From positions 364,006 to 428,005 of the forward strand of contig NW_005434672.1 of assembly GCF_000315625.1 (NCBI RefSeq): DNA of 64,000 nt. Reading direction: 5' to 3'. The position numbers and the translations under genes are program-made. Source of the stretch: Guillardia theta CCMP2712. Its lineage: Eukaryota > Protista > Cryptophyta. This document shows positions 1 to 10,495 of the stretch, one piece after another. The notes under the pieces are model-generated. The model was not told the origin of the DNA. It saw only the letters and a list, made by a program, of their open reading frames with translations, and ran no database searches. Position 1 is the stretch's first letter, and every line of letters starts with the position of its first letter.

Positions 1-1335
1 GCTCAGGTGGTCCATGATCAGCGACAGTAGCGCCTTCTTCTCCACCTTCCATCTAGCGGGGGATCAGGTCAGGGAAGGGAGCCCAGCTGTCATCGGGAGC
101 AACCTTGCTTGGTTCTGGTGGTAGCTCTTTACCTCCTGCATCAGCTCCTGGGATAGGTTCGCCGTCTGGAAGTGACTTTTTCTCAGCGAGGTGTTCTCCT
201 CCTGCACCTGCCCCAACCAGCTCTCAGTCCATCCCGGAGCTGCATCGTCTCAGGCTGCAGACCTCGCAGATTTGTTCCAGCAGTTGTGTGGAATACGTGT
301 ACAGCTGCCTCCTGCAGCACCAAATCAACCGCCACGTCTTGGTCCCCGCCACCTACAGCTCCTCGTCCTGCGCCTCGAGCTTTTCCTGCAACTCGGGCAA
401 GCTCGGATCCTTCAACTGCCGCTGGCTTGGTTCACCGCTCTCAACGTCCTCAGCATGCCTGCTGCACACCGAGCACACGAACGCGTCCCTGGGTGCAGAC
501 GCCATCGGCTGCTCCTCTGCCTTCGTGGCACTCGGGGCAGCCTGGGCCTTCTCCCCTCCCTCCCCCGACCTCGCCAATCGCTCCTCCGACAAGATGATCG
601 CCTCGGCCTGCAAGATCTGGTCGTACATCTCCTGCGGACTCCGAGGTCAGAGGTCAGGCACGAGAGGTGCGTCGGGAGGGACCTGCGACCGGTCGAGCAA
701 GTGGGTCTCGCTCTCAAGCAGGATGTCAATGCCGTTGAGCAGCGCGTCTGCCATCTGGTTGCAGTTGTAACTGCCGTGCTCGTAGCCGAGGCGGATGAGA
801 GCTTCAGAGACGGTCTCTTCGTAAATCTAGAAAGACACGATGAGCAAGAGGAGAAGGAAGAGGAAGAGGAATGAGGAGGAGGAGGAGGAGGATGAGGATG
901 AAGGGAAAGGGGAAATGTGGCTAGAGGGATTTCGAGCCAGCATCAAGAGCAACAACAAGGTGCTGTTGTTTTGAAGGCCGGTGATATGGAGGGGAGAAGG
1001 ATAAAATGTATGTCGAGCACCTGTAACTGGCCCTCTACCGCCATCACCGCTTGATACTGCTGCTTCAGTTTCTTCTCAGATACTCTTGCCCTCTCCCTCT
1101 GCTGATCGTCCTTGAGCAAGGCAGCGTCAACAAACGATCGGAACTCCTCATTCTTGCTGTAGAGGTCGGACAGGAACGGCGACGACTTGATGGGCTCAGG
1201 TAAGTCCGAGGTGTCTCCTCCTTCACCCTGAAAGTGCGGCTCCTTGCCCAGCATTTCAAGGTATTCCTGCGAATCGATCGTCGGCTGTTGAGGATTCTTC
1301 CCTCCCTTGAGCTTCTTCATTCCTTTCGTGAACAT
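1..1335 (-). CDS. Spliced hypothetical protein with coiled-coil segments; runs off the window start
   Basis: ATG at 1335 (MFTKGMKK...). The exon ends VEGQLQ|gt, and later exons (IYEETVSEAL..., EMYDQILQAE...) join through GT-AG introns. No recognisable domain. Confidence 0.55.
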
Positions 1336-2445
1336 CCCGGGGACGGCAGACGAATCGAGTCCACAAGTACGAGAATGAGGGTGTGTGGGAGATCGGGAGG
1401 GAGGGTTGGGGGAAAGGAGGAAGAGAAGAGAAGGGAAGGAAGGGACTGAAGGGGACACTGAGAGGGGGAATGAGGATGTAACGATCAGGTGACGAGCATG
1501 AACGCATTCATCATCTTCATGAGCGCGCGGAACGAGCAGCCGTTCTTCGCTCGCAGAGCCATGGCAGGTCAACGGCGACGAAGAAGGGGTCACTGACCAT
1601 TTTGAAGGCTACGGATATCGAGGGGGTGGGGGTGGGGATATTCATCTGAAACTCCAGGAAGTTGAGTGGTACTGCATGGTGAAAGTGGGGGTACTGAGGT
1701 GATTCGACGCTTTTTGCCAGGGTACCGTCCGAGTCAGATATCAGAGCATGGAGTCAAGAGGTGGGGGCGAACAGTGAGAGGGAGGGAGGGAGGGAGGGAG
1801 GGAGGGAGAGGAGCAGAAATGGGATGAAGGAGGAGGATGACAGATATGAATGTGGAGAAAGATGAATAGATGCAAGACAGCAGATCGACGTCATCCACCA
1901 GTTTGAAGGATCTGTTCGACCGGAGTTTGCGATGACGGTCTCTGCAAAGGACTTTCGTCTAGCAGTTCGAGGAATCGTTCCCTAGTGCAAGATTGGCAGC
2001 ATGATAGGAAGTGTGAAGTAGGCTTATGACATGGAACGGATATCGTGTGGATTTCAGACTTGGACGCACCATCAACAAAGTTCCTGCACCCCATCCCAGG
2101 AACAGAGAAGAGCAGAGGTGAAAAATGCAGCAGGATTCGATCAAAGTGTGCATGGGACGAGTTTGACATGACATCTCCTGGACATCAAGGCCGATACTCG
2201 TGCTGCTGGAGCCGGGCCCTGTCTTGGCTTTCACGCTTCACTTTTGTGTTCAGTTAATTTGGAATCAATCAATTCGAGATGCCCCGAGCACCGGAGAGGC
2301 GGAGACGACGTCCCGTCTCTAGCGGTCGGTTGCTAGCCAGTGTTCCTTTAGATAGCGGTTTCTTTAGCCCTTGATCAGTATGACGTAGTCGACCATAGTC
2401 GTACACACGATCTTGTTCTCAGCGACCCCCCCAACAGCGTTTTCC

Positions 2446-3775
2446 TCATTTCATCCCAGAGCGGGAGGTAGAGGCCTTGCTGAGCTGGAGGAGAAGAGAT
2501 GGGTTCTTCACCTTCGCATCGCAGTTACGGGAGGAGCCGAGGAGCGAGCGAGCAGATACCTTGATGACGGACTCGATGTCCTGAAGTCTTGACTGCACGA
2601 GGGAGAGCCTCGACTTGAGGGTGTTGTAGCGGAAGCAGATGTGAGCACGGATAACGTCCTCGGGCGAAGCGATAAAATTACACTGAGAGAGCATGTCAGA
2701 GATGGGAACGGGGGGGAGGGAAAAGAAGTAGGAAGGAGGAGGTGGAAAGAGGATGTGGAAAGAGGGGGTGGGGAGGTAATCGGGAGGAGGGACAGAGGAC
2801 ACAAGAAGTCGGAGGATGGAGGCTGGAGGTGGGAGGGAGGAGGGAAAGGCAGGAGGAAGAAACAGGGGGAGTGGCCGGGCGGGAGCTCACCGAGAGGAGC
2901 TCAACGAACTTGTACTCCATGTTCTGAATGAAATCAAGGCGGGCAAGGCCCTCCCTCTCGATCACGAACACAGCCAGGTGACTGAGAGAGTGAGAGAGCA
3001 AGGGAAAGAGAGGGGGAAATGGAGAGGGAGAGGGAGAGGGAGGGAACGGTCAGCAAAGAGCAAGCATGGACAAGAGCAGACCTGTGGGGCTCTTTGATGC
3101 AATTATTCAGCATTCGTATCAATACCTGCTCCCAGCATCAGCTTCACTCCCACAGCAATCACCTCCTAGAGCGCACATTGGGATACTCCGGGAAGTCGAC
3201 CATGAGCTTTTGATGCTCCTGGACCTGTAGCAGAGTCATGTGCACTGCCGCTACAACCTCCAGCTACCAAACCTGTCGGAACCCATGCTCGTCCAGGTTG
3301 TGATTGAAGCTGGACGATGTGATGGTGTCAGCTCCCGCAGGCAGCACAGGGAGAGGAGGGCGAGACTCACTGGAAGAATAGATCCGTCTCGCTCGTTAGC
3401 TCAATCCTCAGGGTCAAGGGATTCTGCGGAGGCAGTCAGCCTGCAGCAGGTGCACAAAGGAGAACGTGTCGTTCTCTTAACCTGCTCCTCGCCCATGATC
3501 AGAATTTTCACCTTGATGGCCTCAAGCGTGCCCAGCTAGAGCAAGGACGGTCAGAGGAAGGGGAAGGGCTAACAAGGTTCCTTTGCCAGTACCTCCTGTG
3601 AAGGGTCGTTGGGATCGGTCTGATTTCTTATTTCGAACGGAACTTCGCGGTCATAAAGAACTCGATGGCCCTCGGCTGATGCGAAGAGTCAGCATGAGAG
3701 GAGGAAGAGGGGGAGTTCGATGTTACCAACGGACGGGTCCTGCTCCTCCACCAGGCTGAAGTCGTAGGAGTTCAT
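2446..3775 (-). CDS. SAS6L: SAS-6-like protein (SAS6L), multi-exon
   Basis: Spliced translation MNSYDFSLVEEQDPSV-AEGHRVLYDREVPFEIR...LGTLEAIKVKILIMGEEQ-NPLTLRIELTSETDLFF...QEHQKLMVDFPEYP...RMLNNCIKEPH...ARLDFIQNMEYKFVELLS...VKNPSLLLQL. It matches the SAS6L motifs as I recall them, and the GT-AG junctions I checked are in phase. Confidence 0.88.
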
Positions 3776-4182
3776 TTTCTGCTACAAGAACGCCAAGTGT
3801 CAACCCATGGCAGCGCAACCAAACGACTCTCAGCATGCAGATCATGTTTCTCTGGTCATTCCCCTCCTGAAGTGTATCCAAGCACAACGAAGCCATTCCA
3901 ATCCCCTGCTCTATTGCTTTCCCATAGCCCCTTCCATGTCTGTGCATGTTCGCATTCCTCCGCCGCTGCCCATGGCACTGGCATCGCAACCTCGTCTCTC
4001 ATCATCATCATGCATGCTCCTCCTCCTCCTCTGTCTCCTCCCTCCTCCTCCCTCCCTCTCTTCCGTCGTCCCCCAGTTCTCCCCACTTCCCGCCATCCGC
4101 GGGCTCTTCGAACCTGGTCGTTACATAAATCGGAACTTGTAACTGACAATCGTGGTGGAGGCGGAGCCATGGTGGGAGGGAG

Positions 4183-5234
4183 ATGGAGAGGAGGACAGTG
4201 AGGAGCGTCAAGGCAACCAGGACAGTCATGGCGAACAAGACGAGGTCAGATCCTGCTCTAGTTTCTCATGCCCTTGCTCCTCCTGCTCATGCACCTCCAG
4301 CACCTCCTGCTCCTCCTCCTCCTGCTCCTCCCTACCTTGGTGCTCTGCATGACTGACTGTGATGTGCGTCCCCGACAGTCTGATGCTGTCAGCCCTGCTG
4401 TCTTGCCTCGCCCTATGTCGAAGTGTCGGGCCAGTGGTGCCTGACAGTCTGAGGCTGCGAGGAGGAACTGGTATCGACGCCCCTCCGTCCTCAGCCTGCA
4501 TCAAGGTCTACTCGGAGAACGCGCAGGGCTACGACACCTGGTTCGAGGAGGCGTACTTTCCCGGCATCATCGGCGCCGAGTTTACGTCAGTGGAGAGGGC
4601 GATGGAGTCTTTCTTTCCTGAGAGGTCACCTCTGAGGGTGCTGGAGGTTGGGATGGGGACAGGGAGGTTCTGCCTGCACCTCAAGAAACGCTTCCCCGAG
4701 CACGAGATGCTGGGCGTTGAGCCGGCGGAGGGGATGAGGAAGCTTTGCCTCGAGAACTTCAAGAAGCACAACCAGACTGTGCAGCTGCTGGAGTGCGCTG
4801 CAGAGGACCTGGATGGCTGCAGCCAGCAGGTCGGGGAGAAGGTAGACTGCGCCTTGTTCGTAACAGTGTTCGGCTTCCTGAAGGACCATGACAAGGCCGT
4901 GAGGAACGTGCATGCGGTGCTATCGCCAACAGGGTGCGTACTGGTTGCTTTCATAGACAAGACGACAGCATGGGGCAAGGACTACTTCCTGATGACCAAG
5001 GAGGACAAGTTCTACACCGACGGCACATGTGTAGTTCATCTGGCAGAGGTGGTGGAGGTGTTCCAGAGGAACGGCTTTGACCTTGTGGAGGATGCTTGCT
5101 ACCAGACCCTGATGAATTACAACGAGACGAAGTTGGACCTGGACTTCGTCGAGGACGAGGAGGAGGCCCTTAAGGTTGAGAGAGGATACGGGGATGGCAT
5201 GTGGTCTGTCCTATGCTTCCGCCCGAGATCGTAG
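4183..5234 (+). CDS. Class I SAM-dependent methyltransferase with signal peptide and LRLRGG linker
   Basis: Exon 1 starts at ATG 4183 or 4228. Intron 4245-4378 (gtcag...ctgac...cag) joins in phase. Motif I is VLEVGMGTG, followed by GVEP and DCALFVTV. The catalytic domain has no introns. Confidence 0.85.
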
Positions 5235-5266
5235 CGAGCAGATCGTAGAGCACATCACTTTCATCA

Positions 5267-7801
5267 CTATCTTGAATCTTTCACAGATGCTAGAATTCGA
5301 TTTACAATCTCATCCTTCTCGAAACAGTCCGAGATGTCGATCCCTACACGCACCATGTGAGGATGGGAGCACAGCAAAGCAGCATTGACGTACCCTTGGC
5401 TTTCGCGAAGTTCCGTAGGTCAGTGACCTGATCAGTTTTCAGAGGTAGCAAGGAGGAGGAGGAGGAGGAGGAGGAGGAGGAGGAGGAGGAGAAGGTGCAG
5501 GAGCAGAAGGAACAGAGGGAAAACAAGATTGAGGCGAGGAGGAGCAGGGACAAGATAGAAAGGCCGAGGCCTCACCGGGACTGCAGACAGACGGGAGATG
5601 TCAAAATCTTTCTGGCTTGAGCCGTTGGCCTGTGGCTTGCTCGCTTCCTTCTTTGCCCTATCCTGCTCGCCCTGCTGCTCCGCCCTCGGCCCATGATAAC
5701 CCGATTCTTGCCCTCTTTCTGCCTGCTGTTGCAGAAGAAGAGTGAGCTAGAAGCACAGAAAACATGGTGAACAGGATCAAGCAGCCAAATCGTGTAGTTC
5801 CAGCCACAAAAGGGGATCATACACAAGGGTGACAAGCAGCATCTCAACCGCTCAATCAAGCTCACAGTCACATCAAGGAGAAACAACTGGACTCACAGCC
5901 CTTTGCCCATGTTGCGCGCTGCTGCTCCCTGCCTGCTGGCTGCTGGTGCTGGAGTGTCGGCTGCTGCTGTTGCTGCTGCTGCCGCTACCTGGCGCCTCAT
6001 TCTGTGCAGAACTGCGCGAGTTCGTCGGTCTCCTCGAGCTCTGCCTCCCCTGCCTCCTCTCCCCTTCGCTGGGAGATGTCAAGAAGTAGTTGAGGATCGA
6101 GAGGGCGGCGAACAGCAGCCCCATCCAAATGCTCCAATTCGTTCCCGTCATGTTGCTCCCTACAACATCCCCCACGTCCATGAGCTTCGAGAAAGGAGAG
6201 CGGCGAGCAGGGATTGCAGGGATGTCCTGCCTGTCCTCTTGGATCTGCTTCGTCACAGTCTTGACCCACTCGCGCAGCTCCTGTTCAACCACTGCATCCT
6301 TGCCGCCCTTGTCAAAGACCCTGAGCCACCCCCTGTGCCAGTCGATTACGGCAATGACACCGTGAGGGGCCGGGGGGAACGACACTGACGCCTCAAGGAA
6401 TTTCCAAAGCCTGTCGGAGTTGACGAGGACGGACCAGCCGAACTGAACATTGAGGCCCTCCTTTTCTGCCTTGAAGTCCGAGGCTACCTTCCTCAGGGCC
6501 TCGAGCTCTGGCCGCCGGTTTCCCTCCGACGTGTTGCTCAAGGAAAGGACGCACGCGAAGTGCTGCTCCTTGGGCTTGTAGATCTTCCGCAGGCCAGACA
6601 TGGAGCTCATCAGCCCCATGCACAGCTCAGCAAAGTTGTCGTTGTTGACAAGGGGAACAAGGTTGTACTTGTGCTGGAGGAGGAAGCGAACCAGCACCGA
6701 GCGCGAGGAGAGCTTTTCCTTCTTCCTGAAAGACCCGTCCTCCTTGATCGCCAGCACTACAGACCCTTCGCTCTGCACCTGGTACTGCGTCGGTAGGATG
6801 TGCACTGAGTGCAAGGGCACGTGCGCAAAAATGACCCAGTCCTTGAGAGACTCTGCTCCAGCTACGCTGTAAAAGGGAGCCCAGTCCTTGCCGATCAGAA
6901 GCGCGTGGACCTTGTGCACGTCCTGCTTCAACCATGCAGAAAAGGCACTCCTGCTCTCCACCTTCATTACCTTGCCAGTGAGGAGGAGCATCTCAGTGGC
7001 GAAAGCGATCAAGTCTTGAGTAGAGGGGAGGATGCCTGGCCTGTTTGGCATCATCCTTACTTCCCCCCCGTTCACCCCGAACACAGTTGGAAGGTGACGA
7101 ATCCGCAGCCTGGATAGCAGCGCTCCCTGCCTCTCATAGTTGATCCTGCCGAACTGGACGCTCCCTTTCAGTTCCTTGGCTGCCTCTTCCCATGCCTGGG
7201 AGATCTCAACGCAGCCGTTGCAGTTGTGATCCAGCCACACTTGGATGATCCACACGTGACCCAGGCTGTTCACCAGCTCATCATAATTGTCCATCGTCAA
7301 GGTCTGAGTCTTAGACTCGATCGTGAGCTGATTTCTCCGTTGCGAGTGCATGTAGAAAGCCTCCATCGGTCGGTATCGCTGTCTCTCCTTCATCGCCTCC
7401 TGCTGCTGCACCTCACGATCGTCAGGATCTTTCCCGTACATGTCATACTTCTTCCGCAGATCAGGATCCGTTAACACTTCGTGCGCACGATTCAGCTCCT
7501 CCATCTTCACTGGCGGCTGCCCTTTGAACTTGTCGGGGTGATATTTCTTCGCGAGCTCCTTATACGCTCTCTTGATGGTGGCTGTGCTCGCAGTCTGGTC
7601 AACGCCAAGGAGCCTGTAGTAGCTGAGAGAGTTGCATGCTGCATGAGGAAGAGAAAGACACAGCAGAGCTACTGAAACACACAGGCGCAGTCCGTTCTTC
7701 CTTATAAACCTCTTGCTCGTGGCGCATGGACCCTGGAGCCTTCGATCCTCCCCGTGCCCAAGGCAAGGATGTCCCGGCGAAACAGCCTCCCCGTCAAACA
7801 T
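5267..7801 (-). CDS. ER membrane J-domain + thioredoxin-like protein (DNAJC16/ERdj8-like)
   Basis: Hydrophobic leader, J domain YYRLLGV...KYHPDK, Trx-like WIIQVWLDHNCNGC and a TM helix (WMGLLFAALSILNYFL). Spliced tail exons end ...AKAKGIDISDCFEKDEIVNRILASVKDSR*. Confidence 0.85.
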
Positions 7802-8073
7802 GTCCGACAAGGTCCAACAGAAACAACTTTCCCTCACGTACGACTATTTTCAGCTCCAGCCATCCGCAGCAAAATATCTCAGCACAACTCAACACTCCCG
7901 GTCCTGTTATAATTCAACTCCGCAAAACTGAACAAGCTAGTCTCATTAGCAGCCTTTATCCTCTCCCAGCCTAGTGACCTACCAGGTGAAGTCAACAATC
8001 CTGTGAGAAGCTGAGTGCGTAAAAGGATGCATGAGCCTTGACAATCCCACGTTCACTGCATGTTCGCACACAA

Positions 8074-8560
8074 TCATGCACAAAATGCTCGAGAAAAAGC
8101 ACAAAGAGCGCAAAGGAACAACACGAGCAGAATGAATGTCCCACAAGAAAGGACACAGGAAGGAGCAACTAGATTAGGGAGCTCGCAGAAGGAGAACGCC
8201 CAGGAGGGGATGAGGAATGCACACTGCTGAGCACAGCATGGTGCGAGCTGAAGAACAGGAGACGCAGACATCTCATGGCTCAAGAAGTACTACAGCGAAG
8301 AGGGACACCAAAAATGGGGAGCATTGATAGCATGCACAAGTATGTGCAGTGTTGAGAGGGTGAACAAGGTCGGCAGATGGGAGCAAGGGGGTGGGAGAGA
8401 AGTGGCAGTGTTGGCTTACGAGCAGCAGGAGGCAGAACACACACAACAACACGTCGAGAAGTCAGACAAGTCGGTGCACGGGCAGGCCAGAGCATCGAAG
8501 TGGTGGTGGAGGAGGACACCTCTGTGCATGCCTACCTCGTCCTCCTCCTCTCCCCGCGCC
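8074..8560 (-). CDS. Possible small Cys-rich (PLAC8-like) protein
   Basis: MARGEEEDE...CPCTDLSDFSTCCCVCSASCC, then a gtaag donor and a second Cys-rich hydrophobic segment. The splice phase could not be reconciled. Confidence 0.25.
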
Positions 8561-9084
8561 ATCAGCCATGTTTTCTCGTCCCCCCAGCCACCCCGTGCGA
8601 CACGTTGACTGAAACTTCCTAGGCGATCACCCACCCTGCCTCGGCTAACTCTACCCCACCCCTCTATGATACTGCAATATTCGTATGAAACCACCCCCCT
8701 ATGATGTAGATGAGGGCCAGGCAACCCTACCCTTCCTCCGAACAAACTATTTTTGGACCCTACCTTACCGCTTTTGAGTGTGGCAAAGGCATAATTGGGG
8801 GTAGTCAAAGGGTATGACTACCCCCCACCCCATGCACAGTAAAGTGAAATCAGAACTTTGAGCAATCGAAGTTCATTGTACAGTTCTCGGAAACTTTATG
8901 AATGTAACTTCAAGTTATTGATATAAAGTTGAAACTTTTCTAGTAAATTTCAAAACAGAAACATAAACATTAACGTTCTACGCCTTCGCCGGGCCCGAGT
9001 AATCAGGGTGCCCCCCGCCCCGGTCGCTGCCCCCGATGGACGGAACTGCTATCATGGCGTGAAACAGCACGAAGGAGGGCGAAC

Positions 9085-10464
9085 ATGCCCAGGACAATGC
9101 TGGGCATGAATCGCTTGATCCAGTCGTTGAGAGGATTTGACCGGCTCTTCCTCCTGTCTCTCGTCAGCTCTCTTCACTTGGTTCGCGGAAGCTCGCCTGC
9201 ATTCCTGCCAATGCCTCGATACCCAGCGTGGCTGTCACTGTCGATCCGCACGGGATGTGCAACCCGTGAGATGAAGGGCAGGGCGAGGTGGAGAGCAAAC
9301 ATGTGCCACAAACTTGACAGTGAAACCCGGAAGAGAATCGGATCATGGTGCTTGTTGCAACTGTTTCATGATAGGGAGATGGCACCCAAGTTGTTGACCA
9401 CCGGCAGCGTCAGCGTTCTTCCTCATGAGGGAGCGACGCTGAGGCATTTCTATCAGTCGGTAGAGCAGCGAATCACAGAACTCAACATGCCTGAGGCCTC
9501 CAAGAACTTGGGCACTCGTGTGCTGGGAGGATTCCTCTCCTCCAAGGTGCTGATGGTGGGTGGCATGGGGCCCGGCAACCGGTGCATGCTCTGTGGGCGA
9601 GAGGTTGTTCATCGATTCTCTTCCGCTGCGATCGAGACAAGCTTTCTCGAGATGTTTGAGAGGGTGAGGAGCGCGCGAGGAACGAGGAGGAGGCTGAGTG
9701 CTGCGGGGGGCAGGTGAGGGATGTCTGTCGGGACGCAGGAACCTCGGCAGAGGTGAGCCAGGTAGGGATGCAAGAGCAGCGGACGGGATGGCGCACAGTG
9801 ACTCTTGTTGACAGCACGACCTGCATCATGCCCACATGTTCTGGTCTGTCGAGCACAAGCTCCTAGGGCTGCTGTTCCACTTGCGCGAATACCCCAAGTT
9901 CGACCAGGAGCGTTTCCCTTACCAGCTGGGCTTCTGCCAAGAGGCGAGGTGGAGCTGGCAAGCGAGCTGCCAGTGACGAGTAAAGGCAGGGAAGTGATGT
10001 CAGAGACATCGATGCGAGCCGTCGGAACGTGTGAGTGACTCTGCTAGCAGGACAGAAAGTTTCGCTGATTGTGCTTGCATGGTAGGCTTGCGCTGCTCGG
10101 GCCCAGCCACAGTGGGAGGTTGGATCTGAAGCTGTTCATGCTGAACACAAGATTTGGTCTCGTCTCTAGTGAGCCTTCACTGGTCTCGGCTGATTCCCCT
10201 CGCGCAGGCTCCTTCCTACAGGACAACCTCGTCTTCCCCGGTCAAGAGGAGTTCGGCACCGTGAGCACGGGGAGGGGCACGAGGGGAAACTGATAGGCAT
10301 CTCAGATCTTCGAAGATGACCTCGGGCTGCCTCTCGGCGACATCTTCTGCCTCCCCCCGGAGATGCTGGAGGAAGCGACGGAGAGAGCCTGGGAGGACAA
10401 GGGCGAGTGTCGCATCGTCGTGGCTCTCGCAGCAAGGGGAATGAAGTTCTTCCGAGGAGGATGA
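9085..10464 (+). CDS. Uncharacterised protein with probable bipartite plastid presequence
   Basis: Signal-like LFLLSLVSSLHLVRGSSPA-F. Spliced core HDLHHAHMFW...LLFHLREYPKFDQERFPYQLGFCQE-GSDVRDIDASRRNV-LALLGP...EFGT-IFEDDLGLPLGDIFCL, ending FFRGG*. Confidence 0.7.
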
Positions 10465-10495
10465 AGACTTGCTGCATGCATAATCCCCTTCTCCT

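Noticed and set aside
1891-2257. Short ORFs between the first gene and SAS6L
   Set aside because: No motif or consistent splice model.
4359-4378. ORF-track start MMCVPDS for the methyltransferase
   Set aside because: It lies inside a probable intron (4245-4378) with a branch point and an in-phase acceptor.
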